This document shows, in pieces, positions 8,309 to 16,519 of a stretch of DNA of 29,340 nucleotides. The DNA is from Nocardiopsaceae bacterium (GTDB lineage: Bacteria; Actinomycetota; Actinomycetes; Streptosporangiales; Streptosporangiaceae), in NCBI GenBank assembly GCA_031254715.1, contig JAIRTY010000391.1, positions 1-29,340 on the forward strand, written 5' to 3'. The notes beneath the pieces are model-generated. The model saw only the letters and a list, made by a program, of their open reading frames with translations, had not been told where the DNA came from and did no database searches. The translations under genes were made by a program, and so were the position numbers. How positions within the stretch are numbered: position 1 is the stretch's first letter; each line of letters opens with the position of its first letter.

Positions 8309-11300
8309 ATGCACCGTGTGTTGCGGGCAACGCAGCGCCGCATAGTGAGAGCGCTCGCTGGGCTGACCTCGATCGGCCAGATCCGTTCCTTCTCGCGAAA
8401 CACCCTTGTCCGGTTGACGAGCCAGGTGCACCGCCGCGGGACCGTCCCGGGTCTGCTCTCCATCATCGTCCCGGTCTACGACGTCGAGGAGTACCTCGAC
8501 GAGTGCCTGGTGACGCTTCGCTTTCAGCAGTACCCGAAGGTGGAGATCGTCGTGGTCGACGACGGGTCCCCGGACAACAGCTTCGCCATCGCGAGGCGGC
8601 ACCAGCTTCGTGACCCCCGCATCCGCATCATCCGCCGGCCCAATGGCGGGCTGAGCGCGGCGCGCAATACCGGTGTCGCCGCCGCTCGCGGCGAGTTCCT
8701 GGCCTTCGCCGACTCCGACGACACGGTGCCCGTGGCGGGATACCGGGCCGCTGTGCAGAGCCTGAACGAGACCAGCTCGGACTTCGCCGTCCTGCCCTAC
8801 CGGCGGATCAAGGGGGCGGTCATCCTCCCGGCCAGCCCCAAGGTCCAGGGCGTGCACCGGGAGACACGGCGGGCCATCACCATCGATGACTACCCGGAGA
8901 TCCAGGCCAATGTGATCATGTGCTCCAAGATCTTCCGGCGTGACTTCTGGGACCGGCAGGGGCTCTCGTTCGCGGAGGGCGTCATCTACGAGGACCAGTT
9001 CGCATCGTCGGAGGTGTACGCCCGCGCCCGGGCGTTCGACGTGCTCACGGTGCCCGTCTACAACTGGCGGGTACGCGCCGGCTCCATTTCCAGGAACCAG
9101 CGGGAGCTCGCCAGTCTGCGTGCCTGGTTCGCCGCGGCCAACGAGTCCGTCCGGGTGCTGCAGCAAGCCGGTTCCTCCGCCGCGGTGGTCACCGAACGGG
9201 TCGTCCACCTGCTGGCGAACGCCATGCCTCAGTTCACCTCCCGGGTAGCCACGAGCGATCAGGGCTGCTGGGAGCTGCTCCGTGACGAACTCCCTGGGCT
9301 CGTGGACCAGCTCAGCCGAGAGCTGTACCTCTCGCGGGTCCCGGCTCGGCAGAAGGTTCTCAACCATCTGATCATGACGGACCAGCGGGCGGCAGCAGAG
9401 CAGTACATCCGGTCAGGAGGGCGCGGCATGCGCTCCACGCTCATGGGTGAGGAGGACGTCGGCCACGTTGCCTACCTGCCGTTCTGGCGCGACCCGGCGA
9501 CGGCGGTCCCGGACGAGTGCTTCCGCATCTCCGATGACCAGGCTCGGGCCACGTGCTCAATCCGCCGCGTCCGGGTCCTGGGCCCTGCCACTGTCGAGAT
9601 CGAGGCATGGGCGTTCATCCTGAACGTGGACATGTCGGACCGCGACCCCGAGGTCCGCGCCTATGCCCGGGCCCACGGGCACCAGGACGTGCCGCTGCCG
9701 GTGGAGCGGCGATTCGAGCAGGCCATTGACGAGTTGAACGTGCACGGCAGTGGCTACTGCGACTACCGTCATGGCGGCCTGGTCATCACCGTCGACACCA
9801 GCGCGCTGGGGGCGGGGACCTGGAAGGTCTGGCTGGAGCTGACGGCAGGGCCGCTTTCCCGCTCCATCGTGGCCGGCAACCCCTGGGCGTTTGGCTCGGG
9901 GATGCTCCGGCAGCCGGTCGCCGCCGGCGAAGGGCGGGCCGCGGTGGTGTCAGCGGAGCACCGGGGGCACTTGCTCCTGGAGGTCTTCGACCAAGCTCTG
10001 GTGGCCGAGCGAGCGGTGGTGGCGGACGGCGAGGTCCGCCTGCGGCTCAGAGGCCCGGTGCCGCAGCACATCAGGCTGCTGTCGCCCGGCCGGAAGCCGG
10101 TTCCGGGCCGTCAGGGAACTGCCACTTCTGACGGGGTGTGGACTGCCGCCTTCCCGGTCCCGCCGGCCGGCCATGGCAATGGGAAAGCTGCTACTTGCTG
10201 GGAGGTCCAGGCCACGAGCCTGGGGGGGAAGGTCCCGGTCCGGTTCGGGCCGGCCATTCCCTGGGTGCAGCAGCAAGGTGGGCTGCTCACCTGGCGTGCC
10301 GGGGTGAACCAGGATGGTGAACTCGAACTCTGGGCCCACCAGCGGTCAGCACACATCCTCGGGGCGGACATCAGCGACTCGGGCATCACCTTGCAGCTGC
10401 GCACGCACGGGCTTGATATCGCTGACTTCCAGGCAGTCCTCGAATCGAGCGGGGGGACGTCGTACGCCGCCGTCGAGGACGGCCCCGACGGCGCCACCGT
10501 CAGCCTGCCCTTTTTCGCGGAACGCTGGGGCGAAGCCGCCCAGCTGCTGCCGTCGGGCACCTACCGCTTCTTCCTGGTGCACCGGGAAACGGGAGAGTCC
10601 GTCGTACCGCTCGCTGGACCGGGATTCCTCGACGAGCTGCCGCAGGACGTGCTCACTCCCCACGCACGGGTTCGGCTGCGGCTCCGCCAGGGGGAGAGTG
10701 CGGTCAGCGTGGTGATCTCCGGCCCGGTTCCGGTCTCAGATCGCGGCACCCGCAACCAGCTTCGGCTGCAGCAGCTTGCCAACCAGGGCAAGGCCGACGA
10801 GCCTGCTGTCTTCTTCCGCAGCCTCTACGGCGAGGCTGCCAACGACAGCGGTCTGGCTATCCACCGTGAGCTGAGGCGGAGGAACACCGCTCTTACCCTG
10901 TACTGGTCGGTCCAGGACCTTGCCGTGCCCGTGCCGGAGGGTGCTGTGCCAGTGGTCGAGGAGACCGCGGAGTGGCACCAGCGGCTCGGATCGGCCCAGT
11001 ATGTCGTGCTGAACGTGCACCAGCCCGACTGGTACCGGAAACCACCCGGGCAGGTGATGGTGCAGACCTACCACGGCTATCCCTACAAGGGGATGGGCAA
11101 GGCATGGTGGGAGTTCACCGACATGCTCGACAAGCGGATCGCCTCCTACCTCGACCGTGCCGCCGTCTGGGACTACCTGGTGTCGCCGGCCTCATACGCC
11201 ACGCCGGCGCTGCTGACGGCCTTCTTCACGCCCGAGGCCGCGAGCAAGGTCGCGGTGATCGAGTCCGGCTATCCCCGCAACGACATCCTCCTGTCGGGCG

Positions 11301-11917
11301 AGGGCAGCAAGGTGAGGGACAGGATCAGGGCAGTCCTCGACATTGACGAGGGCCAGAAGGCGGTGCTCTATGCTCCTACCTTCCGTGACCACCTCAGCAC
11401 GGACGGTATGACCGCCGTGGTCGGCGAACTCTTCGACACGCAGGCAGCCGCCGAGGCTCTCGGCCCGGACTACGTTCTCCTGGTGCGCGGGCACGCCTTC
11501 CATGCCCGGGGGAACGCGGCGCGTGTGAGCGGTGGGAACATCCGCGATGTCACGTACTACCACGACGTCATGGAGCTCTGCCTCGCTTCCGACGCCGCCG
11601 TACTTGACTACTCCTCCTTGCGATTCGACTACGCGCTCATGCGGAAGCCGATGATCTTCCATGTCCCGGACAAGGAGACCTATCACGCCATGCGCCCGGC
11701 GATCATGCCGTACGGCCCTACGGCGCCCGGACCCCACGTCCGCTCGACCGAGGAGGCGGTCGCCGCCCTCCGGGACCTGGACGGTGTGGCCAGCCGCTAC
11801 CGCTCCGCCGTCGAGACCTTCATCTCCACTTACCTGGACCTCGAGGACGGACATGCCTCCGAGCGGGTCGTGGACACCGTGTTCGGCCCGTTGCGCTCCG
11901 CACCATCCGCGACCTAG
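8309..11917 (+). CDS. Bifunctional GT2 glycosyltransferase / CDP-glycerol:poly(glycerophosphate) glycerophosphotransferase (TagF-like)
   Basis: N-terminal GT2 (SIIVPVY, VVDDGS, NGGLSAARN, FADSDD). C-terminal TagF-type motifs QTYHGYPYKGMG, GYPRND, YAPTFRD, LVRGH, DYSSLRFDY. The true start may be downstream (TTG 8414 or GTG 8426), since 8309 is only 15 nt from the divergent start. Confidence 0.9.
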   Translation: MHRVLRATQRRIVRALAGLTSIGQIRSFSRNTLVRLTSQVHRRGTVPGLLSIIVPVYDVEEYLDECLVTLRFQQYPKVEIVVVDDGSPDNSFAIARRHQLRDPRIRIIRRPNGGLSAARNTGVAAARGEFLAFADSDDTVPVAGYRAAVQSLNETSSDFAVLPYRRIKGAVILPASPKVQGVHRETRRAITIDDYPEIQANVIMCSKIFRRDFWDRQGLSFAEGVIYEDQFASSEVYARARAFDVLTVPVYNWRVRAGSISRNQRELASLRAWFAAANESVRVLQQAGSSAAVVTERVVHLLANAMPQFTSRVATSDQGCWELLRDELPGLVDQLSRELYLSRVPARQKVLNHLIMTDQRAAAEQYIRSGGRGMRSTLMGEEDVGHVAYLPFWRDPATAVPDECFRISDDQARATCSIRRVRVLGPATVEIEAWAFILNVDMSDRDPEVRAYARAHGHQDVPLPVERRFEQAIDELNVHGSGYCDYRHGGLVITVDTSALGAGTWKVWLELTAGPLSRSIVAGNPWAFGSGMLRQPVAAGEGRAAVVSAEHRGHLLLEVFDQALVAERAVVADGEVRLRLRGPVPQHIRLLSPGRKPVPGRQGTATSDGVWTAAFPVPPAGHGNGKAATCWEVQATSLGGKVPVRFGPAIPWVQQQGGLLTWRAGVNQDGELELWAHQRSAHILGADISDSGITLQLRTHGLDIADFQAVLESSGGTSYAAVEDGPDGATVSLPFFAERWGEAAQLLPSGTYRFFLVHRETGESVVPLAGPGFLDELPQDVLTPHARVRLRLRQGESAVSVVISGPVPVSDRGTRNQLRLQQLANQGKADEPAVFFRSLYGEAANDSGLAIHRELRRRNTALTLYWSVQDLAVPVPEGAVPVVEETAEWHQRLGSAQYVVLNVHQPDWYRKPPGQVMVQTYHGYPYKGMGKAWWEFTDMLDKRIASYLDRAAVWDYLVSPASYATPALLTAFFTPEAASKVAVIESGYPRNDILLSGEGSKVRDRIRAVLDIDEGQKAVLYAPTFRDHLSTDGMTAVVGELFDTQAAAEALGPDYVLLVRGHAFHARGNAARVSGGNIRDVTYYHDVMELCLASDAAVLDYSSLRFDYALMRKPMIFHVPDKETYHAMRPAIMPYGPTAPGPHVRSTEEAVAALRDLDGVASRYRSAVETFISTYLDLEDGHASERVVDTVFGPLRSAPSAT

Positions 11918-11960
11918 TCGCGCGCACCCGGTCCGGCTGGAAGGCCACGGGCGGGTCCGG

Positions 11961-12557
11961 TCACCCCGGATGCACCCGGGCCTTCAGCAGGCCGGCAACA
12001 TCGGCCAGTGCCATCTGGGTGCGCCCGTGAACGCGTGGGTTGAGCAGCACGGTGCCGTCGAAGTCACCCGCCGACGCGAAGATCGCTACCGGCACGGTCA
12101 GCGCCTGGAAGAAGCCGAAGAGCGGCCGCATGGCGTGTTCGAGCATGAGCGCGTGGCGGTCTCCCCCACCGGTCGCCGCGAGCAGGACGAGCTTGTTGGT
12201 CAGGGCGTACTGCCCGACGAGGTCGAAGAAGTGCTTGAACATGCCGGGGTAGGAGCCGTGCGAGACCGGCGTCGCCGCGATCAGCAGATCGGCTTGCTCG
12301 GCCCGCTGGAGTGCTGCCTCGACTTCTTCGGTGACGTCGTCGCGCCCGGTCGCGCCGGTGAATCCCGGTCCCAGGCGGTAGACGTCGATCCGGGAGGCCT
12401 CGAAGGGGACAATCTCCCCCAGGGCCGACAGGATGACGTCGACCAGTCCCATGGTCTTGGACTGCTGGTTCGGGCTGCCGTTGACCACGACGACGCGGAG
12501 GACCGTTCCGGCGGCCGATGCAGCAGGCGCGGCGCCATCCAGAACTGGGGCAGTCAT
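11961..12557 (-). CDS. NAD(P)H-dependent FMN reductase (MsuE/SsuE-like)
   Basis: VVVNGSPNQQSKT, ADLLIAATPVSHGSYPGMFKHFFDL, AATGG, LRP-like AMRPLFGFF. Start overlaps the LLM stop by 4 nt. Confidence 0.88.
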   Translation of the reverse strand: MTAPVLDGAAPAASAAGTVLRVVVVNGSPNQQSKTMGLVDVILSALGEIVPFEASRIDVYRLGPGFTGATGRDDVTEEVEAALQRAEQADLLIAATPVSHGSYPGMFKHFFDLVGQYALTNKLVLLAATGGGDRHALMLEHAMRPLFGFFQALTVPVAIFASAGDFDGTVLLNPRVHGRTQMALADVAGLLKARVHPG

Positions 12558-13615
12558 GCCGCCGCCACCACGCGCCCAGCGACCTCGCGCCGTACGACTG
12601 GCGCGACATCGGTGCCGAGCCGCTCGATCGCTTCGAGGTGCTCCTGCTGCGGCATCCCGCCGAAGCCGATGTGGATGATGGCGCGGGTCAGTCCATAAAG
12701 CTCGTGATAGGCGAGCAGCTTGTCGATGATCTCCTGCGAGCTGCCTACCAGCAGGCCGGACCCGGGTGAGGACTGCGCGTCGAATACCGGCCGCGAAAGC
12801 GCGAACCCGGCGCCGCGCTGATGGTTGTTCTCCATCATCCCTTGCGCGAAGTAGGGGTACATCACATCCCGCGCATGCTGGCTGGACCGCCCCACGAATC
12901 CGTGTGCGTTGATGCTGACCGGCAGCGCCTGGGCGTCGTAGCCCGCCTTGGCAGCGGCCGCGCGGTACAACTGGACCGTCTGCTCGTGGAAGGTGATCGG
13001 CCCGAGCAGCAGTCCCAGCGCCATCGGCAGGCCCAGCCGGCCGGTGCTGATCGCGGATGCCGGGGAGCCGCCGACTCCTACCCAGACCGGGATCGTGGTG
13101 CCGTCGGCGCGGGGCGCGATATCGGCGTCAACCAGGGGCGCGCGGAAGCGCCCGTTCCAGGTGAGCGGGTTCTGCTCGCGGATCTTGAGCAGCAGGTCAA
13201 GCTTTTCCCGGAACAGGTCGGCGTAGTCCTGCAGGTCGTACCCGAACAGGGGGAAGGACTCGGTGTAGGAGCCGCGCCCGGCGATGATCTCGGCCCGCCC
13301 GGCCGACAGCAGGTCTATGGTCGCGAACTGCTCCCACACCCGCACCGGATCCTCCGAGCTGAGGACCGTGACCGAGCTCGTCAGCCGGATCCGCTCGGTC
13401 ACCGCCGCCGCGGCGGCCAGCAGTATCGACGGTGCCGACCCGACGAAGTCGCTGCGGTGGTGCTCCCCCACTCCGAACACGTCAAGGCCCACCTGGTCGG
13501 CGGCACGTGCCTGCTCGATCGTGTCGCGGACACGCTGCCGCGGTGACGGGCGAGCACCGGTGGCCGGGTCCTTGGTGACTTCCCCGAATGTCATGACCCC
13601 GATCTCGAACGCCAT
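12554..13615 (-). CDS. LLM-class (luciferase-like) flavin-dependent monooxygenase
   Basis: GLDVFGVGEHH, LSSEDPVRVWEQFATIDLLSAGRAE, GRGSYTESFPLFG. RBS GGAGG upstream. Confidence 0.92.
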   Translation of the reverse strand: MAFEIGVMTFGEVTKDPATGARPSPRQRVRDTIEQARAADQVGLDVFGVGEHHRSDFVGSAPSILLAAAAAVTERIRLTSSVTVLSSEDPVRVWEQFATIDLLSAGRAEIIAGRGSYTESFPLFGYDLQDYADLFREKLDLLLKIREQNPLTWNGRFRAPLVDADIAPRADGTTIPVWVGVGGSPASAISTGRLGLPMALGLLLGPITFHEQTVQLYRAAAAKAGYDAQALPVSINAHGFVGRSSQHARDVMYPYFAQGMMENNHQRGAGFALSRPVFDAQSSPGSGLLVGSSQEIIDKLLAYHELYGLTRAIIHIGFGGMPQQEHLEAIERLGTDVAPVVRREVAGRVVAAA

Positions 13616-13663
13616 CTTGACACCTCCGTTGCCTCAGTGGGATGCGCGGTGTTATCCATGATA

Positions 13664-13683
13664 ATTTGTCTGCGCAGACAAAT
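13664..13683. promoter_or_regulatory. Perfect 20-bp palindrome, probable MarR operator
   Basis: ATTTGTCTGC|GCAGACAAAT between the divergent LLM and MarR genes. Confidence 0.7.
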
Positions 13684-13744
13684 ATTCCGTCGAGGCAGGA
13701 GTTGCTGATGGACGCTGGCGCCGGGACCCGCCCAGCCTGGAATC

Positions 13745-13758
13745 TGCCTGCGCAGGCA
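13745..13758. promoter_or_regulatory. Second copy of the MarR-type operator
   Basis: TGCCTGCGCAGGCA is a perfect 14-bp palindrome differing from the core of the first site (TGTCTGCGCAGACA) by one compensated base pair. Confidence 0.6.
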
Positions 13759-13777
13759 ACTGCCGAGCTGGTACGGG

Positions 13778-14308
13778 GTGATGCCGCCGGATACGCTGCC
13801 GTTCATGCCGACTGACCGCCTGCGGGACATCGAGATGCAAGCCTGGCGCGGGTTCCTGGAGACTCACGAGCGGCTCTGGCGTGCCATAGCGGCGGGCCTC
13901 GCCCCGCTGAACGTGAGCATGGCCGAGTACAGCGTGCTCGCCCTGCTCGGCGAGACGGGGACAAAGGGCATGCGCATGTCCGATCTCGCCGAACGGCGCC
14001 TGATGTCCAGCGGCGGGTTCACCCGCCTCGCCGACCGGCTCGAAACGCGCGGGCTGATCGAACGGCGGCGGTCCCCCGCCGATGGCCGCAGCGTGGAGGC
14101 CGTCTTGACCAGGGACGGCAGGATGCTGCTGCGCAGAGCCTGGCGCCAGCAGCTAGGCGACCTGCGCACGTTCTTCTTCGCCCGGCTCACCGACGACGAC
14201 CTCCGCTGCCTCGCCGCCGTGTGGTCCCGCCTGGCCCCCGCCGCCGGCGCGATCGCAGCGGATTACCCGGAGCCCGGCGGAGGAAATGCCCTGGTTCGCC
14301 AGCCATGA
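13778..14308 (+). CDS. MarR-family transcriptional regulator
   Basis: MRMSDLAERRLMSSGGFTRLADRLETRGLIERRRSPADGRSVEAVLT is a MarR wHTH with the D-x-R wing. Start could be 13781 or 13805. Confidence 0.9.
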   Translation: MMPPDTLPFMPTDRLRDIEMQAWRGFLETHERLWRAIAAGLAPLNVSMAEYSVLALLGETGTKGMRMSDLAERRLMSSGGFTRLADRLETRGLIERRRSPADGRSVEAVLTRDGRMLLRRAWRQQLGDLRTFFFARLTDDDLRCLAAVWSRLAPAAGAIAADYPEPGGGNALVRQP

Positions 14309-14360
14309 TCGGAAGGGGCTGGGCGCTGCCGATCATCGATCGGCAGCGGCACCAACAATC

Positions 14361-14375
14361 GACTACACTGTAGTC
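14361..14375 (+). promoter_or_regulatory. Palindromic operator containing a -10 box directly before the antitoxin ATG (probable leaderless promoter)
   Basis: GACTACA-C-TGTAGTC. TACACT (14364-14369) fits TANNNT, followed by 6 nt and then ATG 14376. No SD sequence. Confidence 0.6.
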
Positions 14376-14822
14376 ATGAGCAAGCGTGCTGCAACGCCAG
14401 TCAGGTTCGACACTGCGGTGGCGGAACGACTCTCTTCCTTCGTCGCCGCCAACCCCGGCATGTCTCTCTCGTCGGCGGCGAACCGGCTGGTCGATGAAGC
14501 GCTGAGAATGAGCGAGCATCCTGGGATCGTGTTCCGGCCAGGACCCACGGGGCGCCGTGCGGGCCTGGTCGCCGGCCCTGACGTGTGGGAAGTCGTCCGC
14601 GCCGTCAGGTCGGCCCGCGCACACGAACCGGATATGACCGAGGACAGCCTGCTCACCTTGGTGGCCGGCAACACCGGCGTCCCGGTCCGCCTCATCCGGG
14701 TCGCAGTCCGCTACTGGGCTTCCTATCCCGGGGACATCGACGCCGAAATCTCTGCCGCATCGGCAGCCGAGGAGGCGGCCGAAGACACCTGGCGGCGCGA
14801 ACGCGAGCTGCTCGCCGGGTGA
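14376..14822 (+). CDS. Putative antitoxin: N-terminal ribbon-helix-helix-like region + DUF433-like C-terminal domain
   Basis: 148 aa. TPVRFDTAVAERL...SLSSAANRLVDEALR is RHH-like. GPDVWEVV...IRVAVRYWASYPGDIDAEI is DUF433-like. Lies 3 nt upstream of a PIN gene. Confidence 0.7.
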   Translation: MSKRAATPVRFDTAVAERLSSFVAANPGMSLSSAANRLVDEALRMSEHPGIVFRPGPTGRRAGLVAGPDVWEVVRAVRSARAHEPDMTEDSLLTLVAGNTGVPVRLIRVAVRYWASYPGDIDAEISAASAAEEAAEDTWRRERELLAG

Positions 14823-14825
14823 GAG

Positions 14826-15191
14826 ATGACGAGCTTGCTGCTGGACGAGATGTTCTCAGGCGCAATCGCCGATCAACTGCGTGCCAAAGGCCATGACGTC
14901 ATCGCCGTTGTAGCTGATCCCGCCCTCGTCGGGCTCTCAGACGATCAGATCCTGGCCCACGCGACCGAGACTGGACGTGCCCTCGTCACTGCCAACATCA
15001 AAGACTTCATGCCCCTGGATGCCCGTTACCGCGCCGCAAACCAGACCCACGCAGGGCTGATCCTGGTCTCCACCAAGACCTTCCACCAGGACCGCAACTT
15101 CACCCCCGCCATCACGAGCGCGCTATCGGCCCTCATCGACAAACCCGGCCAGATCCAGCGCGGCCGAGTCCTATTCCTCCCGCACAGGTAG
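14826..15191 (+). CDS. DUF5615-family PIN-like toxin (VapC45-like)
   Basis: 121 aa. LLLDEMF, GHDV, LSDDQIL and ALVTANIKDF are the acidic PIN-like motifs. Confidence 0.82.
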   Translation: MTSLLLDEMFSGAIADQLRAKGHDVIAVVADPALVGLSDDQILAHATETGRALVTANIKDFMPLDARYRAANQTHAGLILVSTKTFHQDRNFTPAITSALSALIDKPGQIQRGRVLFLPHR

Positions 15192-15284
15192 TCACCCGCC
15201 AAGCCGGCCGTGGTGAACGAGCCGATGAACTCCGTCCGGCAGCGGGCTGCCTCCCGGGGGCGCGGGTGGGCTGCCCACAGAGGG

Positions 15285-15431
15285 CTACGAGCACGAGCTG
15301 GTAGAGGTCTTGCAGGTCACGTAGCAGCCCGGCCGGCCCTTGGCGGGCGGCGACGAGCCCAGCGGGGCGCAGTTGGTCGGGTTCTGCCTGCCGGCGATCG
15401 GCGTAGCGGCTGGCGATGGGCGCGAGTGCAT
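15285..15431 (-). CDS. Candidate small Cys/Ser/Thr-rich peptide (48 aa), or the tail of a frameshifted secreted-protein gene
   Basis: MHSRPSPAATPIAGRQNPTNCAPLGSSPPAKGRPGCYVTCKTSTSSCS*. Nearly all codons in the 3' half end in G/C. No clear RBS. Confidence 0.35.
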   Translation of the reverse strand: MHSRPSPAATPIAGRQNPTNCAPLGSSPPAKGRPGCYVTCKTSTSSCS

Positions 15432-15645
15432 GCGCGTGACCGGTCCGTGCCCAGCACCAACATGAACCGGCTCCCGTTCGCCCGGGAAGTACCAGCGCCT
15501 GGCACTGCTGCGATGAGCGCCGCCGTCAGGGGTACATACCGTCTCGCGTGAATCATCCCGCAGTGCGGGTGGTGACCTGGCCTGCGGGGAACGGGGCGAG
15601 TCCGCCGCGGCGGGCAGACCGGGAACCCTGGGGAAGGGATAAACC

Positions 15646-16509
15646 ATGGGAGTGCTGGACAGGGTTGGCAGGGCCGTCAGGCGCATCGAGACCGCGGAGG
15701 CGCTGGACCGGGTCGGCACGCCGCTGGCCACGGCCATCTCCTGGGCCACGCGCCCGGCACCGGTCAAGAATGCCCTGTCGGGCACCTGGCTCGGGCACCC
15801 GTTGCACCCGCTGCTGACCGACGTCCCGATCGGCAACTGGATCGCGGCCGCCGCGCTGGATCTCACCGGCTCCAGGGTCAGCCCGGCCGCGGCTCGCCGG
15901 CTGGTCGGGTTCGGAACCCTGGCCGCCGTCCCGGCCGCGATGGCCGGCGCGTCCGACTGGGCCGATACCTATGGGCCCGAGCAGCGCGACGGCCTGGTCC
16001 ACGCGCTGGCGAACCTGACTGCGGTGTCCCTGCAGGCGGCCTCCTACCTCGCCCGGCGCCGCGGCAAGACCACGGCCGGCATCGCACTCAGCGCCGGCGG
16101 GCTGGCGCTGACGACCGCGGCCGCCTACCTGGGCGGCCACCTGACCCTCGTCCGCGGGACTGGCGTTAATCACGCCGCTTTCCAGGAGCCGGTCACCGAG
16201 TGGACCGATGTCGGGGCCGTTGCCGACCTGCCCCAGGATAAGCCGGTGGCGGCGACAGCCGCGGGCGTGGCTGTGGTGATCGTCCGCCGGGACAAGGAGG
16301 TCTATGCGCTGTCTGGCACCTGCGTGCACGCGGGCGGACCGCTCGCCGAGGGAAGCCTGGCCGACGGCTCGCTGCGCTGCCCATGGCATGGCAGCGTCTT
16401 CCGGCTCTCCGACGGCAAGGCACTCCGCGGGCCGGCTGCGACCGCCGAGCCGGCCTGGCAGGTGCGGCTGGCAAACGGGCGGGTGCAGGTCCGTTCTACG
16501 GAGGGCTGA
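15646..16509 (+). CDS. DUF2231 membrane domain + Rieske [2Fe-2S] domain protein
   Basis: HPLHPLLTDVPIG (DUF2231) followed by Rieske motifs CVHAGGPL and CPWHGSVF. Confidence 0.88.
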   Translation: MGVLDRVGRAVRRIETAEALDRVGTPLATAISWATRPAPVKNALSGTWLGHPLHPLLTDVPIGNWIAAAALDLTGSRVSPAAARRLVGFGTLAAVPAAMAGASDWADTYGPEQRDGLVHALANLTAVSLQAASYLARRRGKTTAGIALSAGGLALTTAAAYLGGHLTLVRGTGVNHAAFQEPVTEWTDVGAVADLPQDKPVAATAAGVAVVIVRRDKEVYALSGTCVHAGGPLAEGSLADGSLRCPWHGSVFRLSDGKALRGPAATAEPAWQVRLANGRVQVRSTEG

Positions 16510-16519
16510 GTCAGTACAT

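Noticed and set aside
8294-9367. N-terminal 358-aa extension of the sulfotransferase ORF (7244..9367)
   Set aside because: It is the antisense shadow of the GT2 domain. Sulfotransferase motifs begin only after ATG 8293.
15285-15431. Lanthipeptide or other RiPP biosynthetic gene cluster
   Set aside because: No LanB/C/M/KC, radical SAM, YcaO or dedicated transporter/protease gene is adjacent, and no clear leader motif is present. Kept only as a candidate micro-ORF.
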